DNA of 64,000 nt, taken from NCBI RefSeq assembly GCF_009914755.1, contig NC_060935.1. One strand, 5' to 3'. The stretch's first letter is position 1. Every line of letters begins with the position of its first letter. The notes under the pieces were generated by a model. The model was not told where the DNA came from. It saw only the letters and a program-made list of their open reading frames with translations, and made no database searches. Below are positions 16,400 through 32,466 of this stretch, piece by piece. Source of the DNA: the human T2T-CHM13v2.0 reference genome, Homo sapiens. Made by a program: the position numbers and the translations under genes.

Positions 16400-16820
16400 T
16401 GAAGAACAAACAGTGAAGGCTGTACAGCCAGTAAGAACTGGGTTCAAATACTGGCTCCACCAATTAATAGATATATGACCTTAGTCAAGCCACTAAATTT
16501 CCTTGGGCTTCAGCTTTTACAGCTATAAAATTAGACTAATTTTATTTTTACCGTCAAGAATTAGAGATGTTTGTAAAGTTCTTAGCACATTATTGCTCGG
16601 TAATAAAAACAAGAAAAACTGATACGGTATTTACTAAGTGTCAGGCCCTTACTTAATTCTCCAAAAACCCTATGAAGTAGGTACTATTATTAGCCTCAAT
16701 TTTATAGATATGTAAATATGCACAGATAAGTCATTTACCCAAGGTCACACTGCTAAAGTAAGGGGCAGAATTGGCATTTGAACCCAAAGAATCTGGCTTC
16801 AGAGTCAAGCCTCTTAATGT
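16400..16820. mobile_element. MIR relics (example; many further MIR/L2 fragments throughout the introns are not listed individually)
   Basis: MIR core motifs GGGTTCAAATACTGGCTCCACC and CCCAAGGTCACAC, in opposite orientations. Confidence 0.7.
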
Positions 16821-17153
16821 TGCTGTGTTATGCCTCTTAATAAAACTGGGTCCAAAGACCATAATATCAGCACATCCCTCTTGGGAAGGTTCTTAAAATA
16901 AGAAAAAATATGTGGTTAGACTTTCTTCTTGTGTACTACCTGATAATGCAAGGGTCTTGGTTAATAAGCCAGAGTCAACAGAAGGCTTAATATCATCATA
17001 CAAACGTGGGGGGAAGCCACTTGTATGTGGCAGGCTGTACGTTATGATGGTTGACAGATACAACAGGAAAGACTGAAATGTACTTGGATTTCTGCACTAA
17101 GCAGGTAGTCAAAATTATATAATTTTTAAGTACTTGAATTCTGTAGGAGAATA

Positions 17154-17723
17154 GGCCAGGTATGGTGGCTCATGCCTGTAGTGTCAGCACTTTGGGAGGC
17201 TGAGGCAGGAGATTGCGGCAGGAGATTGCTTGAGCCCAGGAGTTAGAGATAGAGGAGTTAGAGCCTGGCAACATAGTGAGACCTTGTCTGTACAAAAAAA
17301 TAATTAGCAGCCAGGCGCGGTGGCTCACGCCTGTAATCCCAGCACTTTGGGAGGCCGAGGCGGGTGGATCACGAGGTCAGGAGATCGAGACCACCCTGGC
17401 TAACACGCTGAAACCCTCTCTCTACTAAAAATATAAAAAATTAGCCGGGCGTGGTGGCAGGCGCCTGTAGTCCCAGCTCCTTGGGGGGCTGAGGCAGGAG
17501 AATGGCGTGAACCTGGGAGGCGGAGCTTGCAGTGAGCCAAGATCGTGCCACTGCCCTCCAGCCTGGGCAACACAGCAAGATTCTGTCTCAAAAAAAAAAA
17601 AAAAAAAAAATTAGCTAGGCATAGTGGTATGTGCTTGCGGTCCCCGCTACTCAGGAGACTGAGATGATCATGCCACTGTACTCCAGCTTAGGTGACAGAG
17701 CAAGATCTTGTTCAAAAAAAAAA
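17154..17723 (+). mobile_element. AluJ split at its middle A-linker by an AluY (~17309-17610)
   Basis: Left arm, then a full AluY (GAATGGCGTGAACC, GGAGCTTGCAG), then the right arm; AATTAGC duplicated. Confidence 0.88.
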
Positions 17724-17891
17724 ATTTTTTTTTTCTTACAGGAGAATAATGTGGCCTTCTGGGGGATTACCCTCTACCACATATCTGCATTCCCAGCACT
17801 GTCGGGAATGCTTCACTTGGTTTGGAAAAAAAAAAAAAAAAAAAAAAAAAAAGGAATGGTAGATTGTTAACAGGATGTGAGCTTATTTTTA

Positions 17892-18017
<126 letters not shown>

Positions 18018-20725
18018 CTAAATGTATAGGAACTTTCTGTAGTATAAAACTTAGATTTGAAGAATATCTTGTAATTTGCAAAGCACTTTCCCAACACTAT
18101 TTCATCTTCTTAGCCATCTTCTGGCATATATTTTTATCTTCACAGTTAAAATGAGGGGATGGAAGCTCAGAGAGGTGAAGTAACTTGCCAAGACTTGAAA
18201 ACAGGCTCCCCTGACACAACATTTCCTCCCCACCACTCCCAAAGTTTCCCTAAGACAGAGGAGGAAGTATGGAAAAGAAGTTCCTCAACATGCATTTAAG
18301 AGTTTTACTGGAATGGGTAATGATTCCGCTTATGCCTTAGAATGAGAGAATGGAGAGAAGGGAAGAGGAAGAGAAAAAGAACATTTACTGAGTGCCTACC
18401 TTGGGCCAGGCATGGCACCACGTGTTTCATATACATTTCATCTGCACAAAAGCCTATAACATGGACATTATTATCCTTATTTTACAGATGATAAGGTTGG
18501 ACTCAGAGAAGTAAAATGGTTTGCTTGAGGTCACTTAAGAGTCAGTAAGTAGTAGGGCTAGGATTTAAACCCTGGCTTGCCTGACCTCAATGCTACACCA
18601 TGCAGAGGCAAGGCAACAAAATAAGAAAATGCCTAACTTTCACACCAGATAAAGAAGCTGAAGTGGAATCCACTGAACACCTCCAATACATTTATATATT
18701 ACATAAATTACAGTTTTAAGTGACAAAGTGTTGGAAAGTTCCAAACCAGGTGCCAGTGCTCCAGGTAAGCAAGATGGAGATCTAGAGAAAACCAAGAGGC
18801 TTGATTTCATTCCCCAAACACCCCTGGGGAAGTGAATAGAGCCTACTTCCTGACCAATGAGCGGCACGGTGCTAAAGTGAAACAAATATTGGTCAGAGAT
18901 TCTAATTCTAGCTGGGAATTAAAAGATTCACCTCTGAATGCTAGCTCTGCTATTATCACCTGAGTGACTCTGGCCATGCACTTAGCTTCTTCCAGGCCTG
19001 GTTCTCTTACCTGTTAAATGGGATAATACTATTGACCTGCAAGTTGCTATGAAGATCAAAAGAAACAATTTTGTGATAAAGGAATTATAAACAGTGCCAT
19101 TATTCATTTTTCTTCCAATCCTGCCTCTGTTGCCAACAGACTATGTAGCCTCCCTGGGCCACAGTCTCCTCAAGTGTAAAGTGAAGAGATGAAATCAGGA
19201 TATTGCTAATGTCCCTTCATCACGTTTGTGAAGTTTTGTAATTCTGTTAGGTTTTTAGGTTGTGAATGAACAAGTCACCTCCACTTAGAAGCTCAGTCCT
19301 CTGGTTTCCTGCCTTTTGGGGAGGATCTGATATTTTATATGAAGTACTCTGGCCACTATGGCCAGAATTTCTATAATTTCCAGTAGCTCACTATAGATAG
19401 CACTGAGTTTTCACTGCAGTTCTAGCTCCTGACTCATCCCAGCCTCTCAAATTACAAATCACTGAACCTGTGACCAACTGCTGAGACTCAATAAGTACAC
19501 AAACACTGTGAGAAAACAGAAGACCAGACACCATGGGTATGGCTAGTGTTGGTGGACAAGAATTAAACTTTATAAAAGGTGATACAGTATAAATTCTAAC
19601 AATGATTTTGTTACTATTATCATAACATTGCATCACATTTAATAAAGTTTAATTCATGGCTTCCTATGCCAGCCCCCTCACATTTAATTAGCCCTCTTTG
19701 TCCTAATAAAATCTGAGTGGCACCACACAGTGGCTGACAGAACTTTACCTCCTATTTTTTGAGCCTCCCAAGGGAGACCTAACATTTGTTGTATACCTGC
19801 TATATGTACCATGAGGCCCTAAATGTCATCTAATTTGGACCTAACAATGACCTTATAAAAATGATCCCCACTTTACAGATGAAGAATCTGTGGCTCAGAG
19901 ATGTTATGTAACTTGATCACACAGTCAGTAAATTACAGAGATGGAGTTGGAGACCAAGTGTCTCTGGTTCAAATGCCCAGGGTCTTTCCACTACACCAGA
20001 AGTCTTTTCCAAGGATGAAAATCCACAGCCTTTTCTGATATTAGTTCTTTTTGTTTGGAATATCTTTCCGACTCTTATTCATCTGGATAACTTATATACA
20101 TTCTTCAATATTTAGCTGAGGTGTCTTATTTATGAAGCCTTCCCTGAACTTCTAGGTTGTCCTAAATAATCTTTTTTTCTGAGCTCTACCAGCATCCCCT
20201 TCTTATTTCTCTTTATTGTAATTTTTTTTTTTTTTTTTGAGACATGGTCTTGCTATATTGCCCAGGCAAGTCTCGAACTCCTGGGCTCAAGTGATGCTCC
20301 CACCTGGGCTCCACCATCCTCCAATGCCACCCCTCCCCTCCCCCAGTAGCTGGGATTACAGGCATGTGTCACCAAACCCAGCTTGATGGTAATTTGTTAT
20401 TGATATTTTTTCCCAGGTAAGACCATGAACTCCTCAATTGCATGGAGTATCTTAATAATCTTTAATTCCAAGTGCCTAAAACAGAGAGGTCCTCTCACTG
20501 AACAATTTTTGAGCATACTGAGAAGAGTTAAAAACACTAAAACAAAACCTTTAAACCACTGCTTCCTGTGAATTCATAAACACTAGGATTAAATAATTGC
20601 TTGGATAAGAAAAGCATTTTCCAGGTCTGCTCAAAAATTGTGTTGGTTATAGTCCTTGCTCTGACTTTGTGTCTTGGAACAAAAAGCAGATTCTGGAAGG
20701 CTGACGAATAACGGATAACACAAAC

Positions 20726-20864
20726 CTTGACTGCTGTTGAAAATTCCAGATGGGGGAATCTGTGTTTTCAACCACTTGGGTGTATACAGGAGATGACTCA
20801 TCGGCTGTTGCAAAGGATACACAACAACTGGGTATCGATACTTTCCGCTCTGTCAAGGGGCTCC
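20726..20864 (-). CDS. C2CD3: C2CD3 coding exon, 139 nt ([18 protein letters not shown]...[10 protein letters not shown])
   Basis: Overlaps ORF 20647..20856; atttcag|GG AGC and TCA AG|gtttgt; phase 1 to 2. Confidence 0.92.
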
Positions 20865-21008
20865 CTGAAATAGAATAAAGTGCAGTGACTGTACTTTAGG
20901 GTACACAAGAAGCCTCAGATTATACAGGCACAAGCAGGACTATTCCTGGCCCTCTTCTTCCTATGGGGTCTTTGCTCAAGCTATCCCCCTGTGTCTGAAA
21001 TGTTTTCA

Positions 21009-21295
21009 GGCTGGGTGTAGTGGCTCAAGCCTGTAATCCCAGCACGTTGGGAGACCAAGGTAGGAGGACAACTTGAGCGCAGAAATTCAAGACCAGCCTG
21101 GGCAATACAGTGAGATCCCATGTATAAAAAAAAAATTAGCCAAGCATGGTGGCACATGCCTGTAGTCCCAGCTACTCAGGAGGTGGGAGGATCTCTTGAG
21201 TCTGGGAGGCAGAGGCTGCAGTGAGCTGAGATTGCACCACTACACTCCAGACTGGGGTACAGAGTGAGACCGTGTCAATCAATCAATCAATCAAT
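21009..21295 (+). mobile_element. AluJ with (TCAA)n tail
   Basis: Dimer sequence. Confidence 0.85.
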
Positions 21296-22104
21296 TGATG
21301 ACATGTTTTCAGTGACCTTTCTGCTATTACCCTGTCTTTTTAAGGCTCAGTTCATAAATATTCTCCAAAAAGAAGTGACTTCTCTCATGTTCTGTACTTT
21401 GTGGGAAGATGGAAAATACTGTGTTGAGAGGCAAAAGACAGGACAGAACTACAAAGAGTCCTGAACCTAAGAGTCAGATGACCAAATATTGGCTCTGCCA
21501 CATACATGCAATGTGATTTTGGGCAAGAAGTATCTAGGCCACAGCTTCTTCAACTGTAAAATTGGGCATATTATACTTACACTTCCAAAGATATTGTAAG
21601 GATTAAGATAAATACTAAGAGTAAGTAACACTTACATATCACTTACTGTGATATGTAAGGCACTGTTCTATGTACTTTATATATATTAACTCATTTAATC
21701 CTTACAACAACCCTATAAGATAGCTATTTCTATCCTATTGATTATTTCTATCATGTAGATTTCTATCATTATTTCTATCATTGTTATTTCTATCATTATT
21801 ATTTCTATCATATAGATTTCTAAAAACTGGGTACTGAGAAATTAAATTAGTTGGTCACATATTTATTAAATGGTAGAACTGAGAGTCCAATTCAAGCATT
21901 CTGGCTCCAGAGTCCATGTTCTAAACTGTCTCCTATATTGCCTCTACTATGGGGTTAACAAATGTAAAATACTGGGTGCTGGTGAGAATACCTAATGTTA
22001 ATTTTTACAAGATCAGGTTTCCAATGTGGGAGACTTGGTCAAGTTATTCTGTCTTAAGACAGTGTAAAATGAAGATGGCTGATGATACTAGATAGTCTAA
22101 CTGA

Positions 22105-22307
22105 GCTGTCCAGGAAGATAACCCACTAGCCACATGTGGCCATTCACCTTTAAATTAATTAAAACTAAAGATAAAAAATTTACTTCCTTGGTTGCACTAG
22201 CCATATTTCAAGTGCTCGATAGCCACATGGGGCTAGTGGCTACCATACTGGACACTGAACCCACAGAACATTTCCATCATAACAGAAAGTTCTTTTGGAT
22301 AGCACTG
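22105..22307. mobile_element. MER3/MER33 hAT MITE
   Basis: CACTAGCCACATGTGGC and CTAGTGGCTACCATACTGGACA motifs. Confidence 0.7.
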
Positions 22308-22346
22308 AATAATAGACACTTTACAAAATATAGACTATATATTTCA

Positions 22347-22846
<500 letters not shown>

Positions 22847-23979
22847 TCAGTAAGTACTCCTCCAGGGGCCTCAGTCTGTCCCTCTGGACAGAAAGCATTC
22901 TGATGAACAAATTCACACTCAGGAACCACAGATTTTATTCCTGTCCACATGCAGTTTAACATTTAACAAGTAGTCTTGAAAGAGGTTCCAAGATGGCCGA
23001 ATAGGAACAGCTCCAGTCTGCAGCTCCCAGCGTGAGCAACGCAGAAGACGGTTGATTTCTGTATTTCCAACTGAGGTACCGGGTTCATCTCACCGGGGCT
23101 TATCAGACAGTGGGTGCAGCCCATGGAACAGGGCAGGGCATTGCCTCACCCAGGAAGCACAAGGGGTTGGGGAATTCCCTTTCCTGGCAAAGGGAAGCCA
23201 TGATGGATGGTACCTGGAAAATCAGGATACTCCCACCCTAATACTGCACTTTTCCAACGGCCTTAGCAAACGGCACACCAGGAGACTGTATCCCGCGCCT
23301 GGCTTGGAGGGTCCCACGCCCATGTAGCCTCGCTCACTGCTAACACAGCAGTCTGAGATCGAACTGCAAGGTGGCAGTGAGGCTGGGGGAAGGATGTCCA
23401 CCATTGCTGAGGCTTGAGTAGGTAAACAAAGCATCTGGGAAGCTCGAACTGGGTGGAGCCCATCGCAGCTCAAGGAGGCTTGCCTGCCTCTGTAGACTCC
23501 ACCTCTGGGGGCAGGGCATAGCTGAATAAAAGGCAACAGAAACTTCTGCAGACTTAAACGTCCCTGTCTGACAGCTTTGAAGAGAGTAGTGGTTCTCCCA
23601 GCACGGAGTTTGAGATCTGAGAACGGACAGACTGCCTCCTCAAGTGGGTCCCTGACCCCTGAGTAGCCTAACTGGGAGACACCTCCCAGTAGGGGCTGAC
23701 TGACACCCATACAGCTGGGTTCCCCTTTGAGACGAAGCTTCTGGAGGAAGGATCAGGCAGCAACATCTGCTGTTCTGCAATATTTGCTGTTCTGCAGCCT
23801 CCGCTGGTGATACCCAGGCAAACAGGGTCTGGAGTGGACCTCCAGCAAATTTCTAACAGACCTGCAGCTGAGGGTCCTGAAAGTTAGAAGGAAAACTAAC
23901 AAACAGAAAGGACATCCACACCAAAACCCCATGTGGACGTCACCATCATCAAAGACCAAAGGTAGATAAAACCACAAAG

Positions 23980-25002
23980 ATGGGGAGAAACCAGAGCAGA
24001 AAAGCTGAAAATTCTAAAAATCAGAGCGCCTCTCCTCCTCCAAAGGAACACAGCTCTTCGCCAGCAACGGAACAAAGTTGGACGGAGAATGACTTTGACG
24101 AGTTGAGAGAAGAAGGCTTCAGACCATCAGTAATAACAAACTTTTCCAAGCTAAAGGAGGATGTTCGAACCCATTGCAAAGAAGCTAAAAACCTTGAAAA
24201 AAGATTAGACGACTGACTAACTAGAATAAACAGTGTGGAGAAGTCCTTGAATGACCTGATGGAGCTGAAAACCATGGCACGAGAACTATGTGATGTGTGC
24301 ACAACCTTCAGTAGCCCATTTGATCAAGTGGAAGAAAGGGTATCAGTGATTGAAGATCAAATGAATGAAATGAAGCGAGTAGAGAAGTTTAGAGAAAAAA
24401 GAGTAAAAAGAAATGAACAAAGCCTCCAAGAAATATGGGACTATGTGAAAAGACCAAGTCTACATCTGACTGCTGTACCTGAAAGTGACAGGGAGAATGG
24501 AACCAAGTTGGAAAACACTCTTCAGAATATTATCCAGGAGAACTTCCCCAACCTAGTGAGGCAGGCCAACATTCAAATTCAGGAAATACAGAGAATGCCA
24601 CAAAGATACTCCTCGAGAAGAGCAACTCCAAGACACATAATTGTCAGATTCACCAAAGTTGAAATGAAGGAAAAAATGTTAAGGGCAGCCAGAGAGAAAG
24701 GTTGGGTTACCCACAAAGGGAAGCCCATCAGACTAACAGCAGATCTCTCAGCTGAAACTCTACAAGCCAGAAGAGAGTGGGGGCCAATATTCAACATTCT
24801 CAAAGAAAAGAATTTTCAACCCAGAATTTCATATCCAGTCAAACTGAGCTTCATAAGTGAAAGTGAAATGAAGTCCTGTAAAGACAAATGCTGAGAGATT
24901 TTTCTCACCACCAGGCCTGCCTTACAAGAGCTCCCAAAGGAAGTACTAAACATGGAAAGGAACAACCAGTACTGGCCGCTCCACAAACATGCCAAATTGT
25001 AA
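23980..25002 (+). pseudogene. L1 ORF1p, disrupted
   Basis: ORFs 23980..24216 and 24235..24894; premature TGA at 24214-24216 and a frameshift near 24880. Confidence 0.9.
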
Positions 25003-25065
25003 AGGCCATCAATGCTAGGAAGAAACTGCATCGACTAACGAGCAAAATAATCAGCTAACATCATA

Positions 25066-29179
<4,114 letters not shown>

Positions 29180-29395
29180 ACAATGAGAACACTTGGACAC
29201 AGGAAGGGGAACATCACACACCAGGGCCTGTCGTGGGGTGGGGGGAGGGGGGAGGGATAGCATTAGGAGATATACCCAAAGTAAATGATAAGTTAACGGG
29301 TGCAGCACACCAACATGGCACATGTATACATATGTAACAAACCTGCACGTTGTGCACATGTACCCTAGAACTTAAAGTATAATAAAAAATAAAAT

Positions 29396-29828
29396 AGAAA
29401 ATGTGGCACAGATACACCATGGAATACTATGAAGCCATAAGAAAGGATGAGTTCGTGTCCTTTGTAGGTACATGGATGAAGCTAGAAACCATCATTCTGA
29501 GCAAACTATCTCAAGGACAGAAAACCAAACACCACATGTTCTCACTCATAGGTGGGACTTGAACAATGAGAACACTTGGACACAGGAGGGGGAACATCAC
29601 ACACTGGGGCCTGTCGTGGGGTGGGGGGAGGGGGGAGGGGGGAGGGATAGTGTTAGGAGATATACCTAATGTAAATGACGAGTTAATGGGTGCAGCACAC
29701 CAACATGGCACATGTATACATATGTAACAAATCTGCACACATATGTAACAAACCTGCACGTTGTGCACATGTACCCTAGAACTTAAAGTATAAAAAAAAA
29801 GTCAAAAAGAAAGAAAGAAAGAAAAAAA
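29396..29828 (+). mobile_element. Second tandem L1PA 3' end (~400 bp) with its own A-rich tail
   Basis: AGAAAATGTGGCAC... restarts right after the first tail and runs to a second CCCTAGAACTTAAAGTAT(A)n. Confidence 0.9.
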
Positions 29829-30023
29829 AACATTTAACAAGTAGTCTTTAAAAGACAGGTTCTAGTTCCATCTACTCTGACAAGCCTCTCTAGGTGCAAT
29901 CACTGAACTTTATAACCCCAGTTAGAGCTTCCAACTTAAAATTTCTTTCAGGGAAAGAAAAGTAGCTACAGCTTTGCTTTGATATGTTTTCCTCAACGTA
30001 AAGAATTTCCATTAGACCAATTC

Positions 30024-30175
30024 TTTTTTTTTTTGAACAGAAAGAAAACTGTTTTATTACACAATTAAACTTGAATGTGACATGCATCATAGTCAATCTG
30101 CTTAAGAGACTGCAGAGACAGAAAGATGGTCACCAAAATTAGTCCACAAGTAGAAGAATTTACAGCACCATGTCA
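30024..30175 (-). mobile_element. Short polyadenylated retroposed fragment with TSD
   Basis: T-tract 30024-30034, TTTATT 30053-30058, flanking TAGACCAA(A)TTCTTTT repeats. Confidence 0.7.
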
Positions 30176-30873
30176 TAGACCAAATTCTTTTCAAACTTTC
30201 CCACCAAAGTAACAATGATTCAGAGAAGAGTAAACATTAAACTCAGAGAAGAGTAAACATTAAACTCTGAAGTGTAGGGGTCCCTGTTGCCTTAAAACAA
30301 CTACAATAAGCATAACATCTACTAGTAGGCTTGTCTTTCATTTTAGAAATTCATGAAGGTTTTATATTATATTCCATAATACAACCATATTTGTATCTGA
30401 AATGTATAAATGAAAAACAGCATTTCTGTTCCCAAATATTGGTTAAAAAATTGACATGCTATTATTTAATCTTGTGACTTCTAGCACCCAGGGCACAAAA
30501 CCAGACCAGATGACATTACTTTTTCAGTCATTTGTACTGGAAATAATAAAGAAAGAAACTGGGTGATGGGAAGAGAAAAGAGAATGGAGATTTTGTGAGG
30601 AAGCTTGGGAAGGAGAACTGAAGAGAAATGCTAGCCTTGGAAGGAAGATCTAGTGGCGTCCACAAAGCAGGAGAGAACTGAGGCATGTACAAGTTGCCAA
30701 CAAAGCAGGACCTGGAAAAAGGCTGAACCTGGAAAAAGGCAGAGGAGCCTTAGAACCGGGAAAGCATTAAAGATATAGAGAACTATATGAGGAGCAAAAC
30801 AACAAAACAAAATAATCACTGGCTACAACTTGGCCAAACCAGTTTACAAGCATATTAAAGAAAAAAATTTTTT

Positions 30874-30901
30874 AAGGCTAGTCAAGGGAAGCAGTAGGAG
30901 T
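30874..30901 (-). pseudogene. hY3 (RNY3) RNA 3'-end retrofragment
   Basis: AAGGCTAGTCAAGGGAAGCAGTAGGAGT matches the recalled reverse complement of the hY3 3' end (AAGGCTAGTCAAGTGAAGCAGTGGGAGT) at 26/28; flanking TTAC(A)AGCATATT duplication. Confidence 0.75.
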
Positions 30902-31089
30902 TACAGCATATTTTTGAAAGAACAGGGAAAGGTAATTCTAATTTAATGGTAGTAGGCAAAAAATCAGTTAATGGAAATCAATAAAATAGTATTCATATTA
31001 CTAATGTAAATGTATAAAATATCACTAATAGTACCCAGTGAGCTATCTTCTTAAAAGTTTTATTTTAGTGAAACTGAACAGTATTTATG

Positions 31090-31589
31090 CGGATTGACTT
31101 GCTGAGCATCCACCCCCACCTACTTTTATTGCATTGTACTCCTTTATTGTACAGATTGGAAGCATTAAAAGCTACATTTCTCGGACTCTTTTGCAGCTAG
31201 GGTATGGATGCAAATTGGCCTCTACCAATCAGATGCCCTCACAAAAGATCTGGAAGGCAGGCGGGAAGCAGAGGACATCTTTCTTTTCCTTCTGCTTTTG
31301 CTAATAACAAGGATGATGATGTAGAGACATTGTGTTTTTTGATCTAGCATTTGGTCCCTGGGTGCAGAGAGGCCCTGTGGCAATGGCTATGACGAGAGCT
31401 TCTGATTCTTAGATTTCAGTTTTGGCACTGTATTCTGAACTTAAAAGATTTAGTGGTTCCCTCCTAGAAGTTTAGCCTAGAGCTCACTCCTCTAGCCCTT
31501 CTAATGACTTAAAGTACCTTAATATTCTATATTAAACTCCTCTCTGCTTAAAATGGCTGGAGTGGGTTCCATTTCCTCTGCCTGATATA
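31090..31589 (+). mobile_element. Old ERVL LTR (LTR33-like)
   Basis: CTACATTTCTCGGACTCTTTTGCAGCTAGGG...CCAATCAGATGC and TAAACTCCTCTCTGCTTAAA motifs. Confidence 0.55.
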
Positions 31590-32162
31590 GCTTTCATCTC
31601 TCATTCTTTCTCCCATTTTCCTTTTTCGGTCTTAAGCTTCAACTAATTTCTTCCAATAAAATGTCATAAATCCTCACAATTAGGAAGAGATAACCTGGCT
31701 CTACCACAGCAGCTCTCACATATTGTATAATAATCTGTGTTTCCCTCACTAGACTGAGAGCTCTTTGAATGCACAGAGTATTCCCAAGGCCCTTATTAAA
31801 TGTTTGCTGACTTCCCACTGCCCTTTGTCTACAGATAGTTGCCCAGGGTTAGAGAGAGGAGTTGCCTTGTCTGCTTGCAGTACATACCCACAGAAGATAG
31901 CAACATCTTCTCAAGAAAGCTCTGAGGAAGATCAGCAGAGAGGACCAATCACTGTTCCCAGAGGCAGGACACCTAGGTTCCAATGTAGTCTGCCATTGCT
32001 TTAGTGTGACATATTGGATACACCACTTCATTCTGGCTAACTGGGCCTCGGTTTTCTCATCAGAAATAAGTGCTCTCAAACCACCTTCCACAGTAAAATT
32101 CTAATTCTAGATATATATCAACCTTGCTCACATCTCTCATGGCACTACCCCCATCCCTCTGG

Positions 32163-32466
<304 letters not shown>

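Noticed and set aside
21725-21821. Repeat-spacer pattern resembling a CRISPR array
   Set aside because: Eukaryotic intron with a 9-bp core, 1-9 nt spacers and no cas genes; simple slippage repeat.
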